Below are positions 8,993 through 21,200 of a stretch of 64,000 nucleotides of DNA, piece after piece. Each line of letters starts with the position of its first letter. Position 1 is the stretch's first letter. Source of the DNA: a virus; the IMG/VR virus record IMGVR_UViG_3300032213_001070, positions 20,215 through 84,214 of that record, one strand, 5' to 3'. Both the position numbers and the translations under genes were made by a program. A model generated the notes under the pieces. That model had not been told where the DNA came from and ran no database searches. It worked only from the letters and a program-made list of their open reading frames with translations.

Positions 8993-11900
8993 ATGGCGAC
9001 CTATTTAAGTGGCGTTACTGATTATATTCCGGACTACCAGCCATTTCAGCCAGACCTGAACTTTTATGCTAATGTGTTACAAACAAAGCAAAGTCAGTAT
9101 GATACAAACTGGAAGCAGGTAAATAATCTATATGCTGAATTACACAATTCTGATCTTACACATGACTTAAATGTTAAGAAAAAAGATGAGCTATTAAAAC
9201 AAATAGACTTCAACTTAAAAAGAGTTAGTGGACTTGATTTATCATTAGAACAAAATGTAAACCAAGCTACCCAAGTATTTAGACCATTCTATGAGGATAA
9301 GTACTTGATGAAAGATATGGCTTGGACAAAAAACTATAATTCAACATTAAGTAGAGCATTGAATCTTAATAACTCTCAGGATGAAAAGATGAGATCTCAA
9401 TACTGGGATGAAGGTGTTAAAGAAATGCAATACCGCAAACAAGAGTTTAAAGACTCTACACTAGATGAAACACTAAACTTTGGTAATGTTAAATATACTC
9501 CAAAGGTTGATGTTTTATCTAAGTATCAAGAAATATTTAAAAAGTCAGGCTTATCAGTTGATATTAAAGATGTAGATGCTTCAGGAATGTATTTTGTAAG
9601 AGAGAAGAATGGAAAAGTATTACTTGCTCCTTTACAAAAGTTGTTTATGACATCATATATAAATGATCCGGCAACACAAGCTTTCTATGCAACTCAAGCA
9701 TATGTAAAAAGAAAAGACTATGCAGAACAAAATGCATCTAAATTTAATGGTAACAAAGCTGAAGCTGAAAAAGAATACTTAAGAGATCAGTATAAGTGGT
9801 TACAGAACAAAGCTAAAGAAGAAAATGTAGATGCTAAAGATGCTGTATCTGTAAATAAAAACAAAACAGCAACTGTTGAAAAACAAATTCTTGATAAAGA
9901 TGCAAATCCTTATAGTGAGTCTTATTTAGATACTTTAAATAAAGCAATGGCTATTGATGAAACAGTAGCTAATCATGCTGATAAAATAAATAAAGAAGTA
10001 AATGGAGATGGTACATCTTCAGTAACAATGTCTAGACCACAAGGAGATCCTTCTCAGTTAGACTTTTCTAATATGACGTTAGCTAGGCTTAAAGTTGATT
10101 CAGCTTTTGCATCTTCATTAGCTGAGAGAGACATTAATGCAGCTGCTGATATTTATTCATATACAAATTATGTTTATGAAAAATCAGTTAATCCGGTAGG
10201 ACTAGAAGGATTAAGACATAGAAACTCTATTGCAAGACTTGACTATGCTAGTCAACTTAAAATGCGTGAAATTGATTATAAGTCACAAAAAGATATAGAA
10301 AAAGCTAGGGTAGAGCAAGGCCTTGCAGATGGTACCATCTGGTATGATAAAGATAATAAGATGCATATAGATTACGGTGATGCTTACAAAGCTAACTGGG
10401 GATCTACATCAGGACAAGTAGGCAGTGAATATAATGTCATGGCTAAAAATGTTAAAGATAGAGATGAGGTAGTATCAAGTTTAACAGGAGACTATATTGG
10501 CCGAACACTTACACATCTTAATAATCTTGCAGAGGGTGATTCACAAATAACTAGCAAAGAACTTTGGAATGCTGTATCATTCTTAGATCCTAATAGTAAA
10601 GAAGCAAAAGATAGATATAAGACTAGAGATGGTAAACAACTAGTTGCTCAACTTTATAAAAAGTATCAAGAGAACCCAGGCAAGTTTGTATTAGAATTTT
10701 CTAAGACCAATCAAGTTCTTAAACTTAAAAAGTTTATGGACTCATGGTCATCAAGAAATGCAGGGCATCCGATTGCATATGAATATAACTCTGATGCAAG
10801 TAATGTTAAAATTGAAAGGTTTAAAAGATTTAATGAAGCTTCAAAAATAGTAGATCAACATAACTATAACAAGATAAGTAAGAATCTTATTTCAACATTA
10901 GAGTCAAATGAAGACTTTAAGAATCTAAAAGATGAAACAAAACAAAAGATAGTTGATGTATATATTAAAAACCTAAAGACTGGTAAACAACCTGAAAAAG
11001 GTAAACAAACCTGGTCTGGTAAAACAAGAGATGAAAGTGAGCAAGAGGTTTTTGAAAAGTTTTTAGATCAGCAATTAGGGTATAATAAGTTTGCAACTAA
11101 AAGACACATTGCTACAAGAGGTGAAATTGAAGCAGGTATAGAAAGTGGTGACAGACCGTACCGTAGTGGATTCAGAAATAAAACAGGAATAAATATTGGT
11201 AACCTCTTTGATGTTATGACTAATGCTTATAATAAAACTATAAACCAAACAGGTGATGATGGTTTAATGAGTTATGCAGGTGTTGTAAGAAAACAAGGTG
11301 GTAGATATGCATTAGCCACAAATGATCTTGTAGCTAAAGATGTTATTCTTTCTAAACCAGGTTACGGAGGTTTCCGTGATTTTCAGCAAGCTATGCAAGA
11401 TATAAGCAGAATCCGATTTAGCCAGGATCCTAGTAAGTATGCAGTTACTTATGGTGGCACAACTATATCAGCTGCTGAAAAGAATAGATTAGATCCGGGT
11501 AAAGTAAAAGCAATGCTAAAAGAATTGCAGTTATCAGCCGGCAAAAAGAGTACAACTAAGTTTACAATTGCTAGAGATGGTATGGCTTTAGAAAATCTAG
11601 ACTTAAGAGCATTTAGAATTAAACCTTCTAAGGAAATATTAGATAAGTATTTTAAAACAGCTGATGGTAAAGTAAACACATCTGTAGTAAATGATATACT
11701 TAAAAATGGTATAAGCTTTATTGCACCTAAAAGTGAGTGGACAAATGATTTTATACTTGAGAATGAACTGACTCCAACTGAAATGATACTTAATGCCAAA
11801 AAGAAAATTGAGTATGTTCAAGGTAATGGAGCTGGTAAGTATATAATAGAAAAAGTTAATAATGTACCTGGAGTAGATTATAGAGTTAATTATACAGGCT

Positions 11901-12130
11901 ATTATATAAATAGAGATGGAACAGTAAGAACTTTAACTGATTACCTTCCATTGCAAAAATCAGGAAATAAAGTTGATGACAGTGAAGATACTTTACAAAA
12001 TATGCTTAGAGAAATTGATGAAAAAAATAAAGAAACTTATAAGCAAATTCAAATGAGTGGAGACACTGAAGCAATGAGAAGAGTAAAAGAATTTTTTGCA
12101 AACCCTGTAAAAGGAGGTTATCAATATTAA
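8993..12130 (+). CDS. Putative virion ejection/cargo protein, 1045 aa
   Basis: Long Cys-free ORF immediately before the RNAP cluster. Confidence 0.6.
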   Translation: MATYLSGVTDYIPDYQPFQPDLNFYANVLQTKQSQYDTNWKQVNNLYAELHNSDLTHDLNVKKKDELLKQIDFNLKRVSGLDLSLEQNVNQATQVFRPFYEDKYLMKDMAWTKNYNSTLSRALNLNNSQDEKMRSQYWDEGVKEMQYRKQEFKDSTLDETLNFGNVKYTPKVDVLSKYQEIFKKSGLSVDIKDVDASGMYFVREKNGKVLLAPLQKLFMTSYINDPATQAFYATQAYVKRKDYAEQNASKFNGNKAEAEKEYLRDQYKWLQNKAKEENVDAKDAVSVNKNKTATVEKQILDKDANPYSESYLDTLNKAMAIDETVANHADKINKEVNGDGTSSVTMSRPQGDPSQLDFSNMTLARLKVDSAFASSLAERDINAAADIYSYTNYVYEKSVNPVGLEGLRHRNSIARLDYASQLKMREIDYKSQKDIEKARVEQGLADGTIWYDKDNKMHIDYGDAYKANWGSTSGQVGSEYNVMAKNVKDRDEVVSSLTGDYIGRTLTHLNNLAEGDSQITSKELWNAVSFLDPNSKEAKDRYKTRDGKQLVAQLYKKYQENPGKFVLEFSKTNQVLKLKKFMDSWSSRNAGHPIAYEYNSDASNVKIERFKRFNEASKIVDQHNYNKISKNLISTLESNEDFKNLKDETKQKIVDVYIKNLKTGKQPEKGKQTWSGKTRDESEQEVFEKFLDQQLGYNKFATKRHIATRGEIEAGIESGDRPYRSGFRNKTGINIGNLFDVMTNAYNKTINQTGDDGLMSYAGVVRKQGGRYALATNDLVAKDVILSKPGYGGFRDFQQAMQDISRIRFSQDPSKYAVTYGGTTISAAEKNRLDPGKVKAMLKELQLSAGKKSTTKFTIARDGMALENLDLRAFRIKPSKEILDKYFKTADGKVNTSVVNDILKNGISFIAPKSEWTNDFILENELTPTEMILNAKKKIEYVQGNGAGKYIIEKVNNVPGVDYRVNYTGYYINRDGTVRTLTDYLPLQKSGNKVDDSEDTLQNMLREIDEKNKETYKQIQMSGDTEAMRRVKEFFANPVKGGYQY

Positions 12131-12135
12131 TCAAT

Positions 12136-15100
12136 ATGGCTGAAGAAACAAATATACCAGATGATGGAGTAAATGAGCTTTCACAAAAAAGTCCATTTAT
12201 TGCACCAGCTTCTATAGGAATGACTGAATATAAACCTATTACTCCTCCAGTACTTGATATTCATGATCTTAACTTAAAATCTAATATTGATAATCCAGCA
12301 TTAAGAGTTAAAGATACTACTACCGGATCTGCACCATATCATCCAAAAAGAGTTGATTCAAGTGATGCTCCTAAGTTTGGAGGTCTTGATGGAATATTTG
12401 CAAAAACAAAAGCTCAGTTAGTACAGAATGTAGATAATAAAGTATACAATAAAATGTACGCTTATGACTCTTCACCAAAAGGAGCACATAAAGCTAGGTA
12501 TAAAGCATATGGTCAAGAGACATATGATAAGATTGGTTTCTCACCGGAGATAGATAATGAAACATGGTTTAATGCAAACACAACCATGTATGATGATTGG
12601 AAGCGTATGGCTACCAATGCAGCATGGCCAATGATGAAACTTGGTTTTATTAGTCCTATAAAATCATATGGTAAACTTTTTGGTCAAGCTGATATAGGTC
12701 AGGACTTAGCAGAGGCTAGAGATTATGAAGAATACAATGCTATAGGTTATTCTACTAAAGGTGGTATAGGTGGATTTGCAATTAACTTGCAGAATTCAGC
12801 AGCATACTCTGTGGGTATAATCACTGAGTCTGTAGTTGAAGGAGCTCTTATTGGAGCTGCTGTAGGTGCAGTAGCAGGAGAAGGAATTGGAGCAGCCCCA
12901 GGAGCTGCACTTGGTGGTATATTTGAAGGTATATCAGCAATAGGAAGATTACCAAAGACTCTGTATCAAATGAGCAAGAATCTTGGTAAGATGACTATGA
13001 ATCTTAAAAAGCTTCAGAATCTTTCAGAGGTTAAGAATGTATTTGCAAATGCAGGTAGAACTATGGGGAATTTTGTAAATCCTTTTACAAATACCACAGA
13101 AGCTGCAATGAAATATGTATTTAAAAATCCTGATGATCTTACCAACTTAGCTAGAAGTGCAAGAACAGCTGGAGCTATGTGGCATGATGTAAAGAATATA
13201 AATGCTGCATTATCTGAAGGAAGACTTGAAGGAGGATTTACAGAACAAAGAGTATATGATGATCTCTATAACAAATACTATGATAAGTACGGAGTAGCTC
13301 CTACAGATGAGTTACAAAAAGATATGCGTAAGCAAGCAAAAGTAGCTGGATTCCAAAACACTTGGAAGAACACATTGCTTGTAAACTATAGTAATAAGAT
13401 AGCTTTCCCGTCAATCACTAGAGCAGGTTTTATGAAAGGTCTTCCAACCTTCAGTAAAACATTCGGAACAGTAGGACCTTATCAGTTAATATATGACCCG
13501 GCTAAGAAAGTTGCAAAAGAAGCTTACCGTATTGAAAAGGTATCTTTAAAGAATGCTGCTAAGTCATTAGTTAAACCAGCTACATATGGTAAAACTGCTC
13601 TTAATTACTTTAAGGCAAATCTAGTAGAAGGTTTTCAAGAGACTGCACAGGATGTATTGTCAAATGCAACAGAAGAGTATTACACAAACAGCTTTAAAAA
13701 TAAAGACCGACAGAACTTTGATTACTCAATGGCTACTCTTGGTTCAGCATTAAAGAAACAAATCAGTGCTCAAGGTGCTGAAACATTTGCTTCTGGATTT
13801 GCTATGGGTACCATACTTGGTATTCCCGGAGGAGTAAAAGAATATTTAAGTGTAGGATACAATAAGTATTTTAAGAACCGTGCTAACTATGATCAGTATG
13901 TTGCTGAAAGAGAAGGTGAAGCACAAAGCATTGTTGATGCATTAAATACAATGGACAAGAATGCTAAACACTTCTTTGATCCTAGACTTAATAATTATGT
14001 TAATCAGATGCTTGTAGGTAAAGTAGCTGATGACCCGGATAATGTTTCTGCTAAAGAAGCTAAAGATGCAAGCTTTGCAGGTTTTAAATCTGCTGTGAGA
14101 ACTGCATTAAGAACCGGTACCTTTGATATGTTCATTGATAACTTTCAAGGATACAAACAAGCTAGCCCAGAAGACATTGAAGCAGCATGGAGTCTAGAAC
14201 CTGGACAAGGTACAAAAGCATTAGAGTATATTGATAGTGCAACAAAGACTGCAAAAGATATTGCTTCTAGATGGCAATTCTCTAAAAATAAATTTAAAGA
14301 AGTTGTTAATCCAAATCAGTTTGCTGAAGATACGCCAGAGAGACAAATGGCTGATATTTATAATGAAGCTTACTTGACTGGATTAGACAATCTTGTATTT
14401 ATGGGCTCAGCATTTGATAATAACTCTGAGAGATTGTCAAAGATGTATACCAAGCTTTCTTCTTTATCTGCTATACAAAATTCAAGATTCTCAAACTTTG
14501 CAAACATTGTAGAGCCAGAAAAACTGCAGAAAGAGATTGCTATGCTCCGTACAGATGTAGAGTTAGGAAAAAATGCTACAACTCCAGAAGCAAAAGAACA
14601 GTATAAAAAACAAAAAGATTTATTAGAAAAACTAGAAAACTATCAATCACAACAGTTTGGAGCTACAGTACAGTTTCTTAAAAAACTAAGAGATACTCAG
14701 AAGAGTATAATGGAATCTGAGGAAGGTATTTCTGCAAGTGAAGCTCAACAAAAAGCTTTAGATCAAGTTGTTGAAGAGTATGATGAACAAGGATTAAATT
14801 CTTTTGAAGACTATAAAAATAGTTATAGAGAGTTACTAGACACTCTTGCTGGGTCAGAAGAAGACAAAGTAAAATTAAATAGAGAGTTAGATGATGCTGG
14901 AGGCTTTGATGAGTTTTTTCAAATGCTTATGGATTCATATCTACTTAGAAATGAAAATACTAACCTTAATAAGTTTATCAATCTATTGAATGATCCAAAA
15001 GGTTTCTATGAGCATGTTCAGAGAAACTTTGACTGGATGAAAAAGCTGTATGATAACAGACAAGACTATTATACTGATGTTGTAAATAATTCTATGTTGG

Positions 15101-18100
15101 CTATCCAGAGAAACAGTCTTTTGGAAGAGTTAGCTGAAAAAGGTATTTATGTAGACTTAGAAGAGTTTGCTGAATGGACAGAAGATAATAACAACCTACC
15201 AACTTACTTTATTGATCAGGTAAATAACAGAATCATAAACCAAGATAGTTATTTGTATGATCAGTACATACAACTATTTGTTGATGCTTCTCAGATTGAT
15301 AGTAAAAACCCACCGGTAAAGAAATCTGACAAAGATCAAAAGCTACAGAAGATAGTTGATGATTATAATGATCAAAGAGATGGTGAACTTGAAACTGTTA
15401 AGAATACATATGACCGCACATTAAAAGAACTAGTTGGATATACTCAGGAAGAGATTGATGAGATGATCAGTCAAGCAACAGCAGAGTCTGAGATGTCAGA
15501 AGATGATGTTAAAGATGAAGTTAAGCTTATAGAAAAAGCATTAAAGCAACTTGATTCAAATAATGTAGTTGAGATACAAGCAGTGTTTGATATTGCTGTA
15601 GACAAAAATATGTTTACCGCACAAGAGTATAATCTTAAAAAAGAAGATATATTCAGTGATGATGCTTTACTAGAAGAAATGCAAGCTATTTCAGAAAGAT
15701 TTACTGATGTAGATGAAGTAGAAGCACAAGATGCCGCAGCAAATGTAATGATCTTAAAACCATTACTTGAATCAAGACTTGAAGTATTAAATACATATGA
15801 TCAAACAAAAGGTCTAGAAGGTGTACCACAGTATGAAGACACAAAGCCATATGCTGACTATACTAAAGCTGTAGATGAGATAAACAAAAAGTATGACAAT
15901 CTTATTGATGAGGCTGAAGGTAGATTAGCTGCAGAAACAAGAGCTGATGTAGAGGCTAAGAGACCAGAAGCAATGAAGAAAACTATTAAGCAAATCAGAG
16001 ACTTAATAGAAACCAAAGAAGATATAGTTCAGACTAAGAGAAACTATATTGTAGATGGTGAGCTTCATGATAGAATGTCTAATAGAATCAAGACTGGATA
16101 TGATACTTATGGATACACCGGTGAATCTGATTTAGTTGATGTATATGATAGTACTATTGGTGCTGCTTTAGAAGGTACTGCTGATACTAAAGCTGATCTA
16201 GAAGCTCAGAAAGCTGATATAGAAAAACAGAAAGAAGTCTATAAAAAAATGACTAAAGGTACTCCCATTATTAAAGATAACATTAAAGGCACCAAGATAG
16301 GAGATAAATATGATGATAGATTAAAAGTGATAGTTATTGATGAAAGTTTAGCAGATAACTTTGATCCTAAAATTGCTGATGATAATGGACAAGGTTATGA
16401 GGTTATAAGTAAAATTAAAGAATATGGTGAGATGGAAAATGGTGTTCAGACAAAAGCACCAAAAGTTGAAATTATAATTTTTAACAATAAAGAAGATGCA
16501 AACGCCTTTTTTGAAGCAAGAAAAATTAAATTAGATAAAAATATAGCTGATGCAGAACTAGCTGCTTTAGAACAACCAACTCCTCCGGGAGTTCTTACTC
16601 AAAATGTCATTGATGCCTTTATAAAAGAACTAGTTGATGCAGACCTACCAGGAGTAAACACTAATAAGTTTACTGTAGATATAGTAAGAGATGAGTTAGA
16701 AACTTTAATAGCTCCTGAAGGAACTAGGCTGACTAAGAAAACTCAAAAACAAATTGATAGCTTAAACTCTCAATTAGCTGATGTTGAATCTAAGTTAGCT
16801 TCAGTAAAAGACAAGAAGAGATTAGCTACTCTTGAGAAGCAAAAGAAAAGACTTGAAGAAGTTATTAAGGATGAAGAGACTGGTAAATACCGGGAGCCTT
16901 TTGAAATGACAAATGATAACATTAAATCATTTGTACTCAACACAGTAAAAGAAAATGCATTTGAAGAATCAAGAGATGCCGGAAATATTCTAGATCCTAT
17001 GCTTAAAAACTTCTTAGATACTGAAACATCTAAGAAACCTGCATATGATCCTAAGCTTATGAGTAAGGAAGCATATGATAACTTATTTGATGATGAGACA
17101 GGCTACTTAACTAAGTTTAAAAAGATGGCAGATGCTGGTGAAATATATATTTTCACTAAGAATCTTTATGTACATTCTAACAATCTAGTAGATGAGAATG
17201 GTAAAAAGTTACCTCCAGTTGCTGGTGAGATTGATATGATTATAGTAGACCGCAAAGGTAGAGCTTTCATAGCAGACTTAAAGACCGGTAAAGTAGCTAA
17301 GTGGCTTAACTATAAAACAAGAGGTACTAAGTCATTTGAAAAACAAATAGAGAATACTATGCAACAAACCGGTTACTCTAACTTGTTAGAGAACATGGGT
17401 ACTACTGTTGATGGTATAATGATATTCCCGCTTGAGATTGGCTTTGATAGCAAAGGTTTTATCAAATCTGCTAATGCTCCTACTAATCCGTCATTGTTTG
17501 CTGGAGAAGAAGTTATTGGAGATGAAGGTACACTACCTTACACAATCCAATTAGACAAAGGAAACAACACACAGATCAAGAATGAAGAGACTGGGCAATA
17601 TGAGAATATATCTATTGATCAGTTTATGCAGAGATTGATTCCTGTAAAAGGTAAGAAGACTACACAAATAAAAACTAAACCGGCACCAACAGATGTAATT
17701 CCTGAAGAAGAAAGAGCACTTGCTGATGAGTTCATGCTTAAGATGGCTAATGCTAAAGAGTTTGATGACCTTACAGAAGTAGCATTGGAGCTTGATGAAA
17801 TGAAACCTAACTTAAGCAAAGAAACATATAACATGCTTAAGTATCAGTTGGATACTAGAATGTCAATGGATCTAAATATCCCTAATGATATTATTCTAAA
17901 TACCGATGAAATTTATATCTTTACACAGCCGGTAAAAGCCCTTAAAATAACTGAAGGATATAGAGTTAAAATTGATATGTTAGATCCTGAAACTCAAAAA
18001 GTTATAATATCAAGAGTAGGTCCCGGAAGAACAAGAAGTATTGAAATGAGTATTAAAGATTTTACAGAAAATACCATGACAGAAGAACAATTAAATAACC

Positions 18101-18288
18101 TTCCAAAAGAAGAACCTACATATCAACCTTCTCAAGAAGAGATAGATATGTTAAATGAAAGTCTTGAAAATACAAATGAAGGTTTATCTGAGTTTGAACA
18201 ACTTGCAAAGTTAGAGGCGGATGCATATGCAGAAGGTGTAACACTTGATTCTTTAGAAAACAATTTCCTTAATAATATTAAATGTTAA
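12136..18288 (+). CDS. Giant virion ejection protein, 2050 aa, with a Gly/Ala-rich membrane-like segment and a C-terminal PD-(D/E)XK nuclease domain
   Basis: GALIGAAVGAVAGEGIGAAPGAALGG at about 12841-12945; AGEIDMIIVD...IADLKTG at 17221-17290; only Cys is the last residue. Confidence 0.7.
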   Translation: MAEETNIPDDGVNELSQKSPFIAPASIGMTEYKPITPPVLDIHDLNLKSNIDNPALRVKDTTTGSAPYHPKRVDSSDAPKFGGLDGIFAKTKAQLVQNVDNKVYNKMYAYDSSPKGAHKARYKAYGQETYDKIGFSPEIDNETWFNANTTMYDDWKRMATNAAWPMMKLGFISPIKSYGKLFGQADIGQDLAEARDYEEYNAIGYSTKGGIGGFAINLQNSAAYSVGIITESVVEGALIGAAVGAVAGEGIGAAPGAALGGIFEGISAIGRLPKTLYQMSKNLGKMTMNLKKLQNLSEVKNVFANAGRTMGNFVNPFTNTTEAAMKYVFKNPDDLTNLARSARTAGAMWHDVKNINAALSEGRLEGGFTEQRVYDDLYNKYYDKYGVAPTDELQKDMRKQAKVAGFQNTWKNTLLVNYSNKIAFPSITRAGFMKGLPTFSKTFGTVGPYQLIYDPAKKVAKEAYRIEKVSLKNAAKSLVKPATYGKTALNYFKANLVEGFQETAQDVLSNATEEYYTNSFKNKDRQNFDYSMATLGSALKKQISAQGAETFASGFAMGTILGIPGGVKEYLSVGYNKYFKNRANYDQYVAEREGEAQSIVDALNTMDKNAKHFFDPRLNNYVNQMLVGKVADDPDNVSAKEAKDASFAGFKSAVRTALRTGTFDMFIDNFQGYKQASPEDIEAAWSLEPGQGTKALEYIDSATKTAKDIASRWQFSKNKFKEVVNPNQFAEDTPERQMADIYNEAYLTGLDNLVFMGSAFDNNSERLSKMYTKLSSLSAIQNSRFSNFANIVEPEKLQKEIAMLRTDVELGKNATTPEAKEQYKKQKDLLEKLENYQSQQFGATVQFLKKLRDTQKSIMESEEGISASEAQQKALDQVVEEYDEQGLNSFEDYKNSYRELLDTLAGSEEDKVKLNRELDDAGGFDEFFQMLMDSYLLRNENTNLNKFINLLNDPKGFYEHVQRNFDWMKKLYDNRQDYYTDVVNNSMLAIQRNSLLEELAEKGIYVDLEEFAEWTEDNNNLPTYFIDQVNNRIINQDSYLYDQYIQLFVDASQIDSKNPPVKKSDKDQKLQKIVDDYNDQRDGELETVKNTYDRTLKELVGYTQEEIDEMISQATAESEMSEDDVKDEVKLIEKALKQLDSNNVVEIQAVFDIAVDKNMFTAQEYNLKKEDIFSDDALLEEMQAISERFTDVDEVEAQDAAANVMILKPLLESRLEVLNTYDQTKGLEGVPQYEDTKPYADYTKAVDEINKKYDNLIDEAEGRLAAETRADVEAKRPEAMKKTIKQIRDLIETKEDIVQTKRNYIVDGELHDRMSNRIKTGYDTYGYTGESDLVDVYDSTIGAALEGTADTKADLEAQKADIEKQKEVYKKMTKGTPIIKDNIKGTKIGDKYDDRLKVIVIDESLADNFDPKIADDNGQGYEVISKIKEYGEMENGVQTKAPKVEIIIFNNKEDANAFFEARKIKLDKNIADAELAALEQPTPPGVLTQNVIDAFIKELVDADLPGVNTNKFTVDIVRDELETLIAPEGTRLTKKTQKQIDSLNSQLADVESKLASVKDKKRLATLEKQKKRLEEVIKDEETGKYREPFEMTNDNIKSFVLNTVKENAFEESRDAGNILDPMLKNFLDTETSKKPAYDPKLMSKEAYDNLFDDETGYLTKFKKMADAGEIYIFTKNLYVHSNNLVDENGKKLPPVAGEIDMIIVDRKGRAFIADLKTGKVAKWLNYKTRGTKSFEKQIENTMQQTGYSNLLENMGTTVDGIMIFPLEIGFDSKGFIKSANAPTNPSLFAGEEVIGDEGTLPYTIQLDKGNNTQIKNEETGQYENISIDQFMQRLIPVKGKKTTQIKTKPAPTDVIPEEERALADEFMLKMANAKEFDDLTEVALELDEMKPNLSKETYNMLKYQLDTRMSMDLNIPNDIILNTDEIYIFTQPVKALKITEGYRVKIDMLDPETQKVIISRVGPGRTRSIEMSIKDFTENTMTEEQLNNLPKEEPTYQPSQEEIDMLNESLENTNEGLSEFEQLAKLEADAYAEGVTLDSLENNFLNNIKC

Positions 18289-18292
18289 TTAG

Positions 18293-21200
18293 ATGATTAC
18301 TTGTCCAATTACCCGGCAGCCTCTTGAAGATTTTTACAAGTATGTATACCGTGCTATTAATGATAAATTAAAAGACAATAAGACATTTGATGTAAATCAA
18401 TTTATGGAAGATTTATTTAAAAAGTCTTCTGAAAAGTCTGATCCTGAAACTGCAGCTAAGTGGTTACAGAGTACCCCAAGAGTAATTAATCTAATTGTTA
18501 CTAAATCATTCAGTGATAAGATTCCTTTAGTTAAAGGTCTAGATGGCATCTATGGTTTAATGACTGACTTTTCTAAACCAGACGGAGAAGGTCTTAAGAA
18601 TGTACTAGCTAAGTATGTAAAGAAACAAGATGTAAAAGATCTTAAACCTGTGATAGCTCATCAGTTATCATTAGAGTTTAGTACTGAAGAAGATGAGCCG
18701 GAGGGAGAAGATATACCAAAGAATTCACCTTCAGTTACTGCAAGACTTAAATCTACAATTCCATTTTCCGGAACCTTACCATCATTTACACCAGTAGATC
18801 CAAAGCAAAAGTCAGATACTTATATAGAGAAACTAGATAAACCAAGAGCACAGATATTAACCAATCTAACCAGGTTAGCAAATGCTTTTAATTCTACTGA
18901 TCCTTTTTCTGATTTTGTTTATCAAAATAAAAAGATCAGAATAAAAGCTGTTAACCTATATGCATTCTCACAACAGAACTTTAATGATCTAGATCCTACT
19001 ACTCAGGAAGAGATAAGGCTATCTGGAGTTATGGTGGCTATAGGTAATGCACAAGCCAATGTTACTCAAGCTGACAAAAGAGTATTATTAGTTGTTACAG
19101 ATGATAGTGGTCAGAATCTTTACTTTGATGAAGAGGGTAATATAACCAACAAAGGCAATGGGAAACTATTGTATCAGTTTATGCGGGATGTTAGAAACAC
19201 AGCAAAAGGATATGTGGTTACTGATATCTATGGTAATGAAGAACAATTGATGCCTATTTCAGAGTATGTGGCAAAAAACTATAACTCTGAGATTGATGGA
19301 GATCTTAATACCTTTACTGAGAAGGTTAAAGACCAACGGGAGAAAGAACTTAAGAGACTGTTTGAATTACGGGAAAAAGCATTGGGGTCAGAAGTTATGT
19401 TAGAGTTTGAGGGCCTAACGGAGGGAGTATCATCTGAAGTTACTGCAACAAGGTTACCTCTATCTGATTTCTTAAAAATACCAGGTTCTACTAAAGCTAA
19501 CTTGAAGACAATTAGAACTCTTAAAAAAGCAGAGGGTAAGTTTTTTAAAGGTTATGCTGTAATAAATCTAAATGGAACAGAGTTTCAAGTTAGAAGATCA
19601 TCTATGCCTGATTCTGTAGCTGACCAAATTGCTGCAGTTATGTTTGATCCTAACATACCTTTTGAAACTAAAAAGGATTTTTACTCACAGTTTATTCCAG
19701 AAGATAGTGACACTAAACTGGCATATACTATGCGTAAGCATGAGATCATACCTGACATGGAGAAGAAGTCATTTAGAATTAAACTCTATGATCAAGTAGG
19801 AGAGAAAGAAGGGTTCATGACAAAGCCTACTCATGATTTTAAAATTTCTGAAGCTTCATTGAAAAAAGCTAGTGAAGAGTCATTAGCAAATGGTAGAAAA
19901 CTACTTAGTGATATATTTAAAACTGGTAGATCAAACGGTAAAGCTACATACATGTCATACAAATCTGATCTACTAAATAGTGAAGATTACCTTGTATATG
20001 ATACTCAGACAAAACAGATTGATGTTGCAAACTATATTAATTTCTTATCAGGACTAGATGGTTATGTAATGTTGGTTGATGGAGACCCAGGGTTTTATAA
20101 TAAAACATTACTCTTTAATGAACCTACAGAACTTTCTAAAGATTTAAAAGAACAACCAGAAGAAGAAGAAGACTGGTTTGATCAGCAAATAAGAGAAGCT
20201 AGAGAATTTGCTGAAAAGCAAAAAGCATTAGAAAATGCAAGCAAGACTCCTGTAGAGATAGAGTTTGACTTTATTATTGATAGAGCATTATCTCCAGAAT
20301 ACAAAGCTCAACTGGAGCAGCAAGGTGTAAAAGCAAAAAGTAATAATTACTATTATGCAGCTAGTCTCATCCAATCTATAAATACAGACAGAAGATATAG
20401 TAGAGAAGTAGCAGAACAACTCCGAGACATGCTCTCAGGTTATATTGGAGCTTTATCTGATGCACAGATAAAAACAATTAACTCAGCAATAAATGCTGCA
20501 TTTCCGCAACTTAGTACACCTGTACAAAATGCAGTTGATATAATACAGAAAACTATTGAGCCGGAGATGCCGGATCCAACTACTGGTATTATAGAACCAG
20601 GTAGCAATCTTACACAAGATGAGCAAGATACACTTGATGAATTTGGTTTATTCCGTGCAGGTTATATTGCTGATGAAATTGGAGCTAAGGATTTAAAGAA
20701 TGTACTTAACTGGTGGAACAAAACTAAGATAGGCAAAGAACTACAAAAGCATATTAAACTAGAGCATGCTTATAATCTAGCTAACTCAGATGTATTTGCA
20801 AAGTTTGTAGTTAGTGGTGCCACTCTTACCAATCCGGATATTAAAGCACAGATCCAGATTAATCCAAACAAAGGTACCTTGGTAGATATCTATCATGAGG
20901 CTTTCCATGCATTCACACAGTTATATCTTACCCGTCAAGAGAAATACAATCTTTATGATGAGGTAAAAAACTATACAGATGCTAATGGTAAAGAGCCATA
21001 TAAAAACTTTTCATATAAGGATATAGATGAACTTCTTGCTGAAGACTTCAGAACCTATATGAAAACTAATTATATCAAGAAAGGTTCTCCTGTAAGAAAT
21101 AGATTGTTTAGAAAGATCTTAAACTTTATCCGGGCTTTATTTGGTAAAAAACCAATCAATCCTACTGAAGTTGTTACAGAAACTATGAATGTTCCAGCTG

